Positions 1 to 9,219 of a DNA stretch of 64,000 nucleotides are shown in pieces. Position 1 is the first letter of the stretch. Every line of letters begins with the position of its first letter. This stretch comes from a virus, in IMG/VR virus record IMGVR_UViG_3300025151_004231, positions 64,447-128,446 of that record; one strand, written 5' to 3'. A model generated the notes under the pieces. That model was not told the origin of the DNA. It saw only the letters and a list, made by a program, of their open reading frames with translations, and searched no databases. Both the position numbers and the translations under genes were made by a program.

Positions 1-155
1 GAACAATGTGAATGTGTCGCACGCCATTGTCTAAAACAACAAGAGAATCCTCTGTCGTTTCCATATGTCTTAGTTGACAGATATTTCCCTTTGCCGAAAT
101 CAAGTTCAGGCATTTTTACTTTTTTTGATTTTTTTAAAAACTTTGGTAACTTCAT
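1..155 (-). CDS. queD: 6-carboxy-5,6,7,8-tetrahydropterin synthase (QueD/PTPS family), N-terminal part; runs off the left edge
   Basis: Not in the ORF track. Manual translation: MKLPKFLKKSKKVKMPELDFGKGKYLSTKTYGNDRGFSCCFRQWRATHSHC. STKTYG..G.S..FRQWRA.SHC is typical of phage QueD. ATG overlaps the upstream stop (ATGA), preceded by GAGGGAG. folE lies nearby. Confidence 0.8.
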   Translation of the reverse strand, partial: MKLPKFLKKSKKVKMPELDFGKGKYLSTKTYGNDRGFSCCFRQWRATHSHC

Positions 156-607
156 TTTTCTCCCTCTGCTACTCGTTTGCGTAATGACGAGGAACTAAAA
201 CTATGATCTCTGCCATTATATATTACTTTAATATCTCTAGCATTACAAATGTCTTTGCCAGAAAACTCTTGTTCTTGGTATTCAACTCCGATGATTCTTA
301 CATCAAGTGGTAAGACTAAAAGCAAATCTTTTAAGTCTTGTTCAGTCTGATAGATAACAATCTCATCTACATACCTAGTTGCCGCTAATTGAATCTGACG
401 TTCTACGATAGATTGTATAGGCGGATTCTTTTGTTCAGGACGATCTATGGTTGGATCAGTCTGTAATCCTGCAATCAAATAGTCGCAATGATTTTTTGCT
501 TCTGACAACATTGCAATGTGACCAGCATGTAGTAAATCAAATGTACTAAACGTAATGCCGATAGTCTTGCCTTCATCTTTAAGTTGTCTGATTTTATTAA
601 ATATCAC
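152..607 (-). CDS. Glycerol-3-phosphate cytidylyltransferase-like (HxGH nucleotidyltransferase)
   Basis: TFSTFDLLHAGH, GLQTDP, ERQIQL, C-terminal R.HSFSSSSLR. Confidence 0.85.
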   Translation of the reverse strand: MIFNKIRQLKDEGKTIGITFSTFDLLHAGHIAMLSEAKNHCDYLIAGLQTDPTIDRPEQKNPPIQSIVERQIQLAATRYVDEIVIYQTEQDLKDLLLVLPLDVRIIGVEYQEQEFSGKDICNARDIKVIYNGRDHSFSSSSLRKRVAEGEK

Positions 608-840
608 TTTTTTAAAATCTCCATCATTAGTTCTTGTTCTTTATCCTTAAGCCAGTCTTCTTCCCCAACAAAGTCAGGTGCATCTGCAATAACTTTGTCT
701 AAAAAGAACTTAAGTAGATATAAGTCTTGTTTAATACCCCATGAAACATATCCATCATTATAAGGTGAAGTCATTTCGATATTCATCTTACGGATCTTGG
801 ACATGATATCATCTATATCAGGAAGTCGTGGACCTGCCAT
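604..840 (-). CDS. Hypothetical protein; paralogue of 14508..14729
   Basis: Shared pattern E(M)xxxxNxGY...KxxLxxxK..xD.xIAxAPx(F/Y)xG. Confidence 0.7.
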   Translation of the reverse strand: MAGPRLPDIDDIMSKIRKMNIEMTSPYNDGYVSWGIKQDLYLLKFFLDKVIADAPDFVGEEDWLKDKEQELMMEILKK

Positions 841-841
841 A

Positions 842-1513
842 TTACTGCCTTGCTAGTGCTAAAAACTCTGCTCTGACTTCCGGGTCTGATTTGAAACCGC
901 CACCTAGTCTGCTTGTAATTGTTGAACTGCCTGTATCTTCAACGCCTCTTGATTTAACACAATAATGTTGTGCATCAATCATTACTGCTACGTCTTCTGT
1001 TTCCAAAATGAAAGATAGTGCATGATAAACTTGCTCAGTTAAACGTTCTTGTATCTGAGGTCTTTTTGCAAAGTATTCAACGATACGATTAATCTTTGAT
1101 AGACCTAATACTTTTTCATTAGGTACATATGCAACAGTTGCTAAACCATCGATAACAACAAAGTGATGTTCACAGTTAGATTGTACAGAAATGTTCTTTT
1201 CTACAACCATTTCATTATAATTCATTTTGTTTTCAACAACAGTTGCTTTAGGGAATGCATCATAATCAAGTCCCCAAAAGATTTCGTTTACATACATTTT
1301 TGCAACACGTTTAGGAGTATCTATAAGACTATCATCTGATAGATCAAGTCCTAAAGTATTCATAATGTGATTGAAGTGTTCTTCTATCTTGTCGATTTTT
1401 TCTGTACGAGAAAGACCATTATCAGTTACTGGAGTTTCAACTCCCATTTTGACTAAGTGATCGTGTACTTGTTGCCCTAGAACAGGGTCTGTTTTTGTTT
1501 TGTTATAAGACAT
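842..1513 (-). CDS. folE: GTP cyclohydrolase I
   Basis: [42 protein letters not shown]; RBS AAGGAG. Confidence 0.97.
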   Translation of the reverse strand: MSYNKTKTDPVLGQQVHDHLVKMGVETPVTDNGLSRTEKIDKIEEHFNHIMNTLGLDLSDDSLIDTPKRVAKMYVNEIFWGLDYDAFPKATVVENKMNYNEMVVEKNISVQSNCEHHFVVIDGLATVAYVPNEKVLGLSKINRIVEYFAKRPQIQERLTEQVYHALSFILETEDVAVMIDAQHYCVKSRGVEDTGSSTITSRLGGGFKSDPEVRAEFLALARQ

Positions 1514-1582
1514 TTGCCTTTTCTCCTTCCTAACGCGGATATAGTTATTTTAAATTGTGTCGTAACCTTTGTGTTACAAATG

Positions 1583-1620
1583 TATTTATACATTATATGA
1601 TGATAAGTTATATTTTTCAA
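1583..1620 (-). promoter_or_regulatory. Tandem sigma70-type and late-type promoters for folE
   Basis: Minus strand TTGAAA(1620-1615)-17 bp-TATAAT(1597-1592), followed by TATAAATA (1590-1583). Confidence 0.6.
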
Positions 1621-2545
1621 GTAGAAAGGGTAACACGACTTTTGCTACAAAGTCTTTGTGTTGCTCAGTACTTGGATGAGGATCTCTAGGTAGACCAGTG
1701 TCTGGATTCATATCTCTGTGTTTAAATTCACTTACATTTGTTACCCAGTCCTGTAAATGTTTTATTGGCAACCAATAATTTTTATCTATCTCGTTGTAAA
1801 GATAATTAATTTCTGGATTATTTAAATATGCAAAATGTTTTTCTTGTGTATACTTGTCTGGGTCTATTATACATTCTGTTTGTTTAGAGTAATGTTCACT
1901 TTCAGGGTGAGGACCCATATACGTAAAAACATCATGGTCATATTCTGTCATAAAATATCTGATACCTTTGTCTTTAAGGAACCATTGAGTTCTTAAAATG
2001 TGTTCGCATGTTTCTATAATTGCTTTCTCAGGGTTAACAAAACTTTCAAAATATTTTACAGTCGTTTCATCTGAGAAATGCGGGTTTAATATGTAATGAC
2101 TGGGTACACGTGGTTGTCTTATTGAAAGGGGATTTGAAGCCCAGTCTCTTTCAGTTCTGTCTGTGATATCTGCGAATATCGGCTCATCGTCTGTATGACC
2201 ATTAATTTCATGTAAGAATTCATTATAATTCTGTGATCTACCTATTACAGTAGTTCTCATAAAATTGCGTTGATATTTTTCAGAATAGTGTGATTGTCTG
2301 TCACAACCAGACCACATAATTCCTACTAACATCTGATCAGGTAACACACCCTGTTCTAATGCCGATAGTACAGTAGATATTACTTTGCGTGATATAATTG
2401 AATTACCAGAGGCACCATGACCTCGATGTGCTACATATCTTAAAGATTTTATTTGGTGTTGTAACTCTAACGGCCATGTGATATCTTTATTTGCGGGCTG
2501 TGAATAAGAACACCCTGCTGTAATTAAATGCGTTGGAGATTTCAA
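1586..2545 (-). CDS. SGNH/GDSL-like hydrolase-fold protein
   Basis: [20 protein letters not shown]-terminal DPHP; paralogue of 12752..13378. Confidence 0.55.
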   Translation of the reverse strand: MKSPTHLITAGCSYSQPANKDITWPLELQHQIKSLRYVAHRGHGASGNSIISRKVISTVLSALEQGVLPDQMLVGIMWSGCDRQSHYSEKYQRNFMRTTVIGRSQNYNEFLHEINGHTDDEPIFADITDRTERDWASNPLSIRQPRVPSHYILNPHFSDETTVKYFESFVNPEKAIIETCEHILRTQWFLKDKGIRYFMTEYDHDVFTYMGPHPESEHYSKQTECIIDPDKYTQEKHFAYLNNPEINYLYNEIDKNYWLPIKHLQDWVTNVSEFKHRDMNPDTGLPRDPHPSTEQHKDFVAKVVLPFLLEKYNLSSYNV

Positions 2546-3642
2546 TTGTTTTCAAATACTTTGTTATATTGATTATTTACTCTAACAAAGGTAGTACACT
2601 TACTCAAGTCTTTAAGTTTACGTGCTCCTGCGTAAGTACAGGCGCTTCTAATGCCCCCTAAGATGTCTTGCACTGTGTTAGCAACTTCGCCCTTATAAGG
2701 AATCGATACTGTTCGACCCTCTGAACTACGATAATCTTTTAGTCCACCAAAGTGTTTCTTGTTTGCTGTATCACTGCTCATGCCATAAAATTGAACAAAT
2801 TGTTTTTGGACCTTTTTACCAATGCCTGCACTTGTTGCTGGTGCTTGTTCATTAGTGATGTAAGTTTTCTCTATGATTTCTCCGCCACCTTCGTCATGTC
2901 CTGCTAACATACCACCTAGCATAACAAAGTCAGCACCTCCACCAAATGCTTTTGCTACATCGCCAGAACTACTACAACCCCCATCAGCAATGATGTGTCC
3001 ACCAAGACCATGAGCGGCGTCAGCACACTCCATGATTGCGGATAACTGCGGGTACCCAACTCCTGTCTTAATGCGAGTAGTGCAAACACTACCAGGCCCA
3101 ATCCCCACTTTAACGATATCGGCTCCACTTAATATTAACTCCTCTGTCATTTCGCCTGTTACTACATTACCTGCAATGATAACTAGTGATGGATGCTTTT
3201 CTCTAATCTGTTTGACTACTCCTGCGAAACGTTCTGAATAACCATTAGCAACATCTATACAGAGATATTTGATACCTCTAATTTTCATTACTCTGTCTAG
3301 TTTTTCGATATCATCGTCAGTAATGCCGATACTCATGGCAACATGTTCTCGTCTTGTGCCATTTGTTTCTAAAAAGAATTGTGTTAGTTGTTCTACACTG
3401 TAAGTTTTAACTAGACATGTAAACAACCCTAGATCAGCAAGTTTGTCTGCCATTTCAAAAGTACCAACACCATCCATATTAGATGCCATAATCGGTACTC
3501 CTTTATAACCCGAGTTTGAATCGGTATTCCTAAAGTTATACTCTCGTTCTAATTGTACTTGTTTACGTGATCCTAGTGTTGATCTTTTTGGTTTAATTAA
3601 TACATCTGAAAAGTCTAACTTAATCTCAGATTCAATTCGCAT
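2542..3642 (-). CDS. guaC: GMP reductase
   Basis: [64 protein letters not shown]. Confidence 0.96.
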   Translation of the reverse strand: MRIESEIKLDFSDVLIKPKRSTLGSRKQVQLEREYNFRNTDSNSGYKGVPIMASNMDGVGTFEMADKLADLGLFTCLVKTYSVEQLTQFFLETNGTRREHVAMSIGITDDDIEKLDRVMKIRGIKYLCIDVANGYSERFAGVVKQIREKHPSLVIIAGNVVTGEMTEELILSGADIVKVGIGPGSVCTTRIKTGVGYPQLSAIMECADAAHGLGGHIIADGGCSSSGDVAKAFGGGADFVMLGGMLAGHDEGGGEIIEKTYITNEQAPATSAGIGKKVQKQFVQFYGMSSDTANKKHFGGLKDYRSSEGRTVSIPYKGEVANTVQDILGGIRSACTYAGARKLKDLSKCTTFVRVNNQYNKVFENN

Positions 3643-4829
3643 TAGAATTTACTCACTCTTGTCTGTTGTCGATAATCTATACTATCTCTACGCCACTCTT
3701 CTCCATCACCTTGCATGATGTCGATACAACGATCAATAGTGCCATTAGTCCAATCACTAATCTTGCCTTGATTTTGATGTTGAATGCCCAATAGAGGATG
3801 CATCTTATCAATTACATCTTCAATTGACCACGGAATGTAAAGTCTATCTTTGTCGTTAGCAAACGTTTCAGGGAAACTTCTGTACGCAGGGAATAGAACA
3901 TTACAACCTAGTGCGTCACCTTCTGAGACTGTATTACTAACCCAGTCTTGTAAAGCACAATTGAAGACGACCCTAGTATCATTAAGAATACGATAATAAT
4001 CATTTTTAGATAAGTTTTCATGGATAACTAGTTTCTTTTGTTTTTGCAATTTCTTTGTACGTTTCATGTACGAGTCATTATTGCTTCTTAACTCTCCACC
4101 TGATAGTAGACAGAACTCAATGCCATGCTTTTTACCATATCTAGCATACCATTCTTCGATAAGATCCATATAAAAGTCAGGTTGTTTCTCTTGGTCCCAA
4201 CGAGCAGTAAACGCCACTCGCATTTTACGTTCTTCAAACGGCTTAAATTCTTCTAGTTCTAGTAAACGTCTACGTACTTCTTCTTTGCCAAACGCAAGAC
4301 CTGAGATATTATAGATGGGAGCAGTCCAACCTGCAATCTTCATGTGTGCAACCATTTCTTCGTTAGTTGCCAAGACACCTGTTACAAATTCATTGACCAT
4401 CTTTTCATACAGACCCATCCACTTCTCCATGCCCCAGACATGTACGAAATCATCTGGATCAACAGACTGTGCTAAACATCTTACAAAGACTTTGGGTCTG
4501 TGTTCTTCTGAAACTTGATTCATTATATAAGGGAGTGATTCGATACCTGGCTGAAACATATCTTCAAAGAAGATACAGTCTTCACTTGTTACTTCACCTT
4601 CTTTCATCAGTTTAACTAATGACATCATTTGCGACATACCAAAGTATGAACGACCATGTGCATCTAATACTTGACCTGTTACAATAGATTGATCAGTTGT
4701 TAATAGTTCACCTGGAACCACTACATAGTCAAGTCCACGTTTGTTAAATGCTTCAGTATTCCATTGTTGCAGTTGTAATGTGTATCTTGCTTCGTAGGGT
4801 TCTAAGCCCATGTAATATAGTTTACGCAT
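3642..4829 (-). CDS. GT-B fold glycosyltransferase
   Basis: [51 protein letters not shown] (GT-B C-terminal motif). Confidence 0.75.
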   Translation of the reverse strand: MRKLYYMGLEPYEARYTLQLQQWNTEAFNKRGLDYVVVPGELLTTDQSIVTGQVLDAHGRSYFGMSQMMSLVKLMKEGEVTSEDCIFFEDMFQPGIESLPYIMNQVSEEHRPKVFVRCLAQSVDPDDFVHVWGMEKWMGLYEKMVNEFVTGVLATNEEMVAHMKIAGWTAPIYNISGLAFGKEEVRRRLLELEEFKPFEERKMRVAFTARWDQEKQPDFYMDLIEEWYARYGKKHGIEFCLLSGGELRSNNDSYMKRTKKLQKQKKLVIHENLSKNDYYRILNDTRVVFNCALQDWVSNTVSEGDALGCNVLFPAYRSFPETFANDKDRLYIPWSIEDVIDKMHPLLGIQHQNQGKISDWTNGTIDRCIDIMQGDGEEWRRDSIDYRQQTRVSKF

Positions 4830-4838
4830 AATTACCTC

Positions 4839-5882
4839 TTATGTCTTTGGTCTAAATACTCGTTCAATGTCTTCTTCAATACAATTGTCTCCGTATTGAA
4901 CTTCACATATTGTCAATGGCTCACTTTCGTTGTTTACTAGTCTATGCCATTCCATGACAGGGATCCAAGTTGATTGATGTTTACCAAACTTACCAACTAA
5001 GATATCACCGATATCACGTTTAGGATCATTCGGATATGCTACTGTATAAACTGTAGCAACACCACTAGCAACAAACCAAAACTCTGATCGACCTTGATGT
5101 CTTTGCATACTCAACGATTGACCTGGATCAACAGTTAGTTCTTTAACTTTGACTTCTCTGCCAAACTCATGCAATACACGATAGTAACCCCAATCACGTT
5201 CAGTACGAGGAGCCGCCCATTCGCCTAAAAGACTAGAACTAGATTGAGTTTTATCTCCACCTACTCCAAATGAAAACGATACATTTGCATCAGGATAGTT
5301 CATTTCTTTAATGTTAGCACTAGTTCTATCTCCACCATTAGCAAATATTATATGCTCATCCGGGAACATATGTCTAGTAATATGGATAGCATTCATGCTG
5401 GAATCATCTGAATCATCAAATGTGATTACTTGATCTACATTACGCAATGCCAATAACAATCGCACTCGTTCTTCAACAGGCATAAAACACTTGCCTTTCT
5501 TACGAATAAGCCAATCATCACTGTTGACACCAACTACTACTTTAGCACCATGCCATGATCCCTCACGACCTAATTCTTTAGCGGCATCAATATAGTCTAA
5601 GTGACCTGAATGTATAGGATCAAATCCACCTGTGACTAAGACAACTGTGCCATTTTCTCTTGTAGGAGTCTTTGGCATTTCTATCTTTTGCAAGACGGGT
5701 TTTTGTTCGACTGCTTTTTCAACAGTTTTCTTCGTTGCGACTGGTGCTTTCTTTTTGACTGTCTTTGTAGGTGCTTTTTTAGTTGCCGGCTTTTTAGCAG
5801 GCGCCTTTTTTGCTACAGTTTTTTTAGCAGTCATTTTCTTGCTACCTTTTGTAGTGTCGTCTTTTTTGGTATTTTTGGCCAT
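4839..5882 (-). CDS. HxGH nucleotidyltransferase fused to a mannose-6-phosphate isomerase type II-like cupin, with a histone H1-like Lys/Ala-rich N-terminus
   Basis: VTGGFDPIHSGH, GVNSDDWL, FANGGDR, KTQSSS; ERDWGYY, LSMQRHQGRSEFW, WHRLVN, EVQYG..C.EEDIER; N-terminal KKAPAKKPATKKAP. Confidence 0.88.
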   Translation of the reverse strand: MAKNTKKDDTTKGSKKMTAKKTVAKKAPAKKPATKKAPTKTVKKKAPVATKKTVEKAVEQKPVLQKIEMPKTPTRENGTVVLVTGGFDPIHSGHLDYIDAAKELGREGSWHGAKVVVGVNSDDWLIRKKGKCFMPVEERVRLLLALRNVDQVITFDDSDDSSMNAIHITRHMFPDEHIIFANGGDRTSANIKEMNYPDANVSFSFGVGGDKTQSSSSLLGEWAAPRTERDWGYYRVLHEFGREVKVKELTVDPGQSLSMQRHQGRSEFWFVASGVATVYTVAYPNDPKRDIGDILVGKFGKHQSTWIPVMEWHRLVNNESEPLTICEVQYGDNCIEEDIERVFRPKT

Positions 5883-6060
5883 CTATCTCCCACATGTTCC
5901 TGACGGGTTTCCCTGCCAGATATCGTTGACTGTACAGTCGCCAAATGCGACTGCTCTTGTTGTAAAGACATTCGGGCTTAACCTTATACCCATATTCTTT
6001 ACAGAAGGCTGTGTAAGCCTCAAGGTCCTCAAAAACTTTAATAGTTTTAGGGTTTGCCAT
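5842..6060 (-). CDS. Hypothetical basic protein
   Basis: RBS AAGGAA; in operon orientation. Confidence 0.65.
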   Translation of the reverse strand: MANPKTIKVFEDLEAYTAFCKEYGYKVKPECLYNKSSRIWRLYSQRYLAGKPVRNMWEIDGQKYQKRRHYKR

Positions 6061-6102
6061 TGTAATATTCCTTGTATTCTCATATTACTATTTAAGTTAA
6101 TA

Positions 6103-6477
6103 TCAGTCATTATACTGATACTCCATTTCGCAACCGTTTTCATTATCTTCGGCTACCGAAATTCTGATGTAACGACCTGGATACTGATAATTTATTTCAG
6201 TAGCCAATTCGTCTGCAATCATTTCACAAGATTTGTGATCTAGTTGAACGACATCGTTGCTGTACAATCGTTCTAACCAACGTTTAAACTGTATGAATTC
6301 GATATCTCTATCATCGTGGTAGACTTCGATCCATACTTTAAAATGAAAAATATGTCTATGTGGATAACCCAAGAATGATACATCGTCCCAGTCACCTGTT
6401 GCTAACTTAGGATCAGTATCCGCACCCGGATACTTGTGTATACCTTCTTTTGTAAATGTTACCCAAATAGTTCTCAT
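6103..6477 (-). CDS. dpdL: QueD-paralogous T-fold protein, DpdL-like (predicted 7-carboxy-7-deazaguanine decarboxylase)
   Basis: LGYPHRHIF fits the LxxxHRHxF motif I recall for DpdL (replacing the QueD CxxxHGH); also DRDIEF, SCEMIA, V.EDNENG; sits between dpdA and folE/queD. Confidence 0.7.
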   Translation of the reverse strand: MRTIWVTFTKEGIHKYPGADTDPKLATGDWDDVSFLGYPHRHIFHFKVWIEVYHDDRDIEFIQFKRWLERLYSNDVVQLDHKSCEMIADELATEINYQYPGRYIRISVAEDNENGCEMEYQYND

Positions 6478-6887
6478 TATGCTTCCTTGCTAGGGTCCCA
6501 AATAGTTAGATTCTTTTTACGCAATCTATTGACCACTAACTTATATCTGCTTTGTTCTTCTTTCCATTCTTTAAGCCACTTATGACCGTCACGTTCTGCA
6601 TCAACAAAGATTGCGTTAGTGAATGCTAGTGGAAGCAGAATAGAAATGTGAATGATAATACTGACTACAGTATTGTAGTTAAAGTAACCTAAGTAATTAG
6701 ATGCTAAGAATCCAAACCATACACTCCATACAGTAAACAATACTAACATGAAATATGTTTGTAGACTTGGATCAGGGATCCTGCCGATTGGATTATATTT
6801 TACATCCATTACACGTCTCCAAGCATGAACCAAAAACATAACTGTCCTTCTAAATAAACTCGGCTTTTTAATTGCTGGTTCTACCAT
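6477..6887 (-). CDS. Membrane protein (2 TM)
   Basis: Hydrophobic stretches YFMLVLFTVWSVWFGFLA and VVSIIIHISILLPLAF. Confidence 0.7.
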   Translation of the reverse strand: MVEPAIKKPSLFRRTVMFLVHAWRRVMDVKYNPIGRIPDPSLQTYFMLVLFTVWSVWFGFLASNYLGYFNYNTVVSIIIHISILLPLAFTNAIFVDAERDGHKWLKEWKEEQSRYKLVVNRLRKKNLTIWDPSKEA

Positions 6888-6896
6888 TTCATTCTC

Positions 6897-6992
6897 CTAC
6901 TCAATATGATGTCTGATGTATTGTCTTATTACATGCATACCATATGATGCCCATGTAACAACTACTAAACTCCAGAACAATATTTCTATCAT
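6897..6992 (-). CDS. 31-aa small membrane peptide
   Basis: Not in the ORF track. MIEILFWSLVVVTWASYGMHVIRQYIRHHIE*; fills the gap directly behind a consensus promoter. Confidence 0.6.
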   Translation of the reverse strand: MIEILFWSLVVVTWASYGMHVIRQYIRHHIE

Positions 6993-6997
6993 TACTC

Positions 6998-7026
6998 ATA
7001 ATACTTGGTTTTGTTGTTATTGTCAA
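6998..7026 (-). promoter_or_regulatory. Sigma70-type promoter
   Basis: TTGACA-17 bp-TATTAT, 5 nt before ATG 6992. Confidence 0.75.
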
Positions 7027-7034
7027 GCATCAAT

Positions 7035-8525
7035 TTACCCATTTACAGAAAAGAGTTGATCAAACATTGTACCTGCATTGATAGCCCTTTTACCTGAAAA
7101 TCCTTGTGATCCTGATTGAATCTGCATCCATAGTCTACTATGTTGATCAATCAAATCTAATGATTTTTGTCTGTCTTTGAGTGCAAAGATTTCGTCAACG
7201 ACATCTCCGAATCTTACACTATCAAATGTTTCATTCATTAACATTGCGGGGACACACCCTGAGTCATACTTTCTGTTTGCTTCTTGCACTGCAAACATAT
7301 GCTGATAGACATTGTGTGCCTGTAGCAATGTATAACTGAGTGTGTCCCAACTCGTCTTGGTTTCTTTACCGTGCTTGTTTAAGAAACCATGACCACGATA
7401 ACAAAGGTCCTTCATAACCATTGCGTTAGTGACAGGAGAGTCGGCAAACGTTTCATGTATGCCCTCTGCTATTACGGCGTCACTAAATTTACGCATATCC
7501 TGATCAAAGTCTTTGCTTTCCGCAGTCTTTTCCATAGAGTATGTCCACTTAGTATTGTGTTCCATATTAGAGTTAAAGTATGCTAACCCTTTAGCCGCAC
7601 CAAAGAAAGGACTTGCACAATCAAACGTAATCTGTAAGTTTGGATTGTGATACTTTCTTACTGCTTTCTGAATATCAGAGAACAGGACAGCATATTCTAA
7701 GATAGATGTACCTAAGCAATGAATAAGGTCATGCTTTCCGGGTTCTAACAGTCCATCATGTATAATACCAACGATTCTTTTTAAGGTAAGATGTATGTCG
7801 ATTTTGTTTTGACCACCGAATGCCCAACCATTGAAATGAGTGTCTGGGTACTTATTCGGATCGCAATACATCTTCATCTCCTCATACCAGTTATCTGACT
7901 GAGTATGATTCAACCCCTGCAAGACATTTAAGAACTTGCAGTTACCATTACGATTGTGTATAAAGTAATCGTTGTTGATATGCGTTGCCAGTGCGGCTTC
8001 CTCTATGGTTTTTATACCGTGCTTATCATACAGATGTTGATTTTGCACAGTTTGTGAGGGTATGTCTAAACACATGCCGTAGTCCATATACGTGTCCATC
8101 CACGTCAGAACTTTTATACGTTGTTCAAGTGCTTTAGGACAATTCGGATCTTTCCAGTCAGCAGGCCATTGACCTTTCATAATCTGAAAACCACCCGAGT
8201 CGCCTAGCATAAACGTACCCTCTTCTCTATCACGTATGATAGATTCAGCAGGAATGTCCTTAGTTACATCTAAGTCTGCATGGCCAGCAGAATACAATCC
8301 CCACTTATAAGTGAACAAACCTTCTTTAGAGTTTAAGAAATTCAGACGTTCTACGTCTCCGTTGAACCCTGCTGGTATACGTTCTTGTGGGAAATAGTCT
8401 TCACCTGAACGTTGCTTACCTAAGCCTGTAATAAAGAAACTACTGACTGCGGGTAAGAACAGTGCCCAATCCGGCTTATGCTCTTTTGAAAGATCGATTT
8501 GTTCTGCCATAATCTTGTTATTCAT
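7035..8525 (-). CDS. dpdA: DpdA-like DNA 7-deazaguanine transglycosylase (TGT fold)
   Basis: LGDSGGFQ, MCLDIP, LNVLQG, GWAFGG, IHCLG, TFDCAS, LLQAHN; clustered with folE/queD/dpdL. Confidence 0.82.
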   Translation of the reverse strand: MNNKIMAEQIDLSKEHKPDWALFLPAVSSFFITGLGKQRSGEDYFPQERIPAGFNGDVERLNFLNSKEGLFTYKWGLYSAGHADLDVTKDIPAESIIRDREEGTFMLGDSGGFQIMKGQWPADWKDPNCPKALEQRIKVLTWMDTYMDYGMCLDIPSQTVQNQHLYDKHGIKTIEEAALATHINNDYFIHNRNGNCKFLNVLQGLNHTQSDNWYEEMKMYCDPNKYPDTHFNGWAFGGQNKIDIHLTLKRIVGIIHDGLLEPGKHDLIHCLGTSILEYAVLFSDIQKAVRKYHNPNLQITFDCASPFFGAAKGLAYFNSNMEHNTKWTYSMEKTAESKDFDQDMRKFSDAVIAEGIHETFADSPVTNAMVMKDLCYRGHGFLNKHGKETKTSWDTLSYTLLQAHNVYQHMFAVQEANRKYDSGCVPAMLMNETFDSVRFGDVVDEIFALKDRQKSLDLIDQHSRLWMQIQSGSQGFSGKRAINAGTMFDQLFSVNG

Positions 8526-9219
8526 AAAATGTTACTTGATCGAACAATATAATATCATCTACAAAATGATCTTTTATCGTTCTCATATACCTAGGATTAT
8601 TTTTAATTTGAAAATCAATCGTATTCCTAAGTGTTTTATGTGTTGTTCTCTCTGATGTATTATATGCAAAATCTCTAATAATTACATCATTTATGGGTGA
8701 ATGTAATTCTTTTTCTGCAAACCTTCTCATCGTGTCTTCAAAATTCTTATCTAATTTAAAGAATACACAATCTTTTGTATCTAAGCCATGTAAATAATCA
8801 ACTTGAGAACATGTGTGTCTGTCAAACTTTGCAACACCAAATATAAAATCTATCGTTTCTCTGTTTTGCAAGTTCCATCCTACCTCATGTCCTTTTTCTA
8901 TAAACTTAGTGTGGTTAACTAAGAATTCTACAATGCCAGAACACCAACGTTCTACTGGATCTCGTAAAACAACTATATATTTTTTAGGAGCCCGATGTTT
9001 ATCAACGTCATTATAATTCCAAGGTTGATTTACCCACTTTAATTGTGCTAGGAACTCTGACATAAACGTTGATGCTACCTTGCCTATAGGGATATATGAA
9101 TAGTGAGTCCCTACAATATCTTGGCACAATCCTTGACGCCTATAGACTCGTTGTACATTATCTCCCCGTTTCCAAAACTCGGGCTGTTCCCAGTGAGTGT
9201 TGCTACGTTGAATAATCAA
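8518..9219 (-). CDS. Sulfotransferase family protein
   Basis: 5'-PSB-like YIPIGKVASTF and 3'-PB-like VVLRDPVERWCSG; H..SQ; C-terminal DDIILF. Confidence 0.7.
   Translation of the reverse strand: MIIQRSNTHWEQPEFWKRGDNVQRVYRRQGLCQDIVGTHYSYIPIGKVASTFMSEFLAQLKWVNQPWNYNDVDKHRAPKKYIVVLRDPVERWCSGIVEFLVNHTKFIEKGHEVGWNLQNRETIDFIFGVAKFDRHTCSQVDYLHGLDTKDCVFFKLDKNFEDTMRRFAEKELHSPINDVIIRDFAYNTSERTTHKTLRNTIDFQIKNNPRYMRTIKDHFVDDIILFDQVTFYE

Noticed and set aside
1514-1582. Canonical preQ1-I riboswitch upstream of folE
   Set aside because: A hairpin and A-rich tail are present, but the loop is only 6 nt and lacks the class I loop consensus; kept only as an unassigned leader.
5632-6243. 203-aa hydrophobic plus-strand ORF and overlapping ORFs 5688..5903 and 5883..6143
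   Set aside because: These are antisense or off-frame shadows of Lys-rich and neighbouring minus-strand genes, with no RBS or motif support.
7035-8525. tRNA-guanine transglycosylase (tgt) acting on tRNA
   Set aside because: It lacks the CxCxxC zinc motif of bacterial Tgt, and the phage context with folE/queD/dpdL favours DpdA; not formally excluded.
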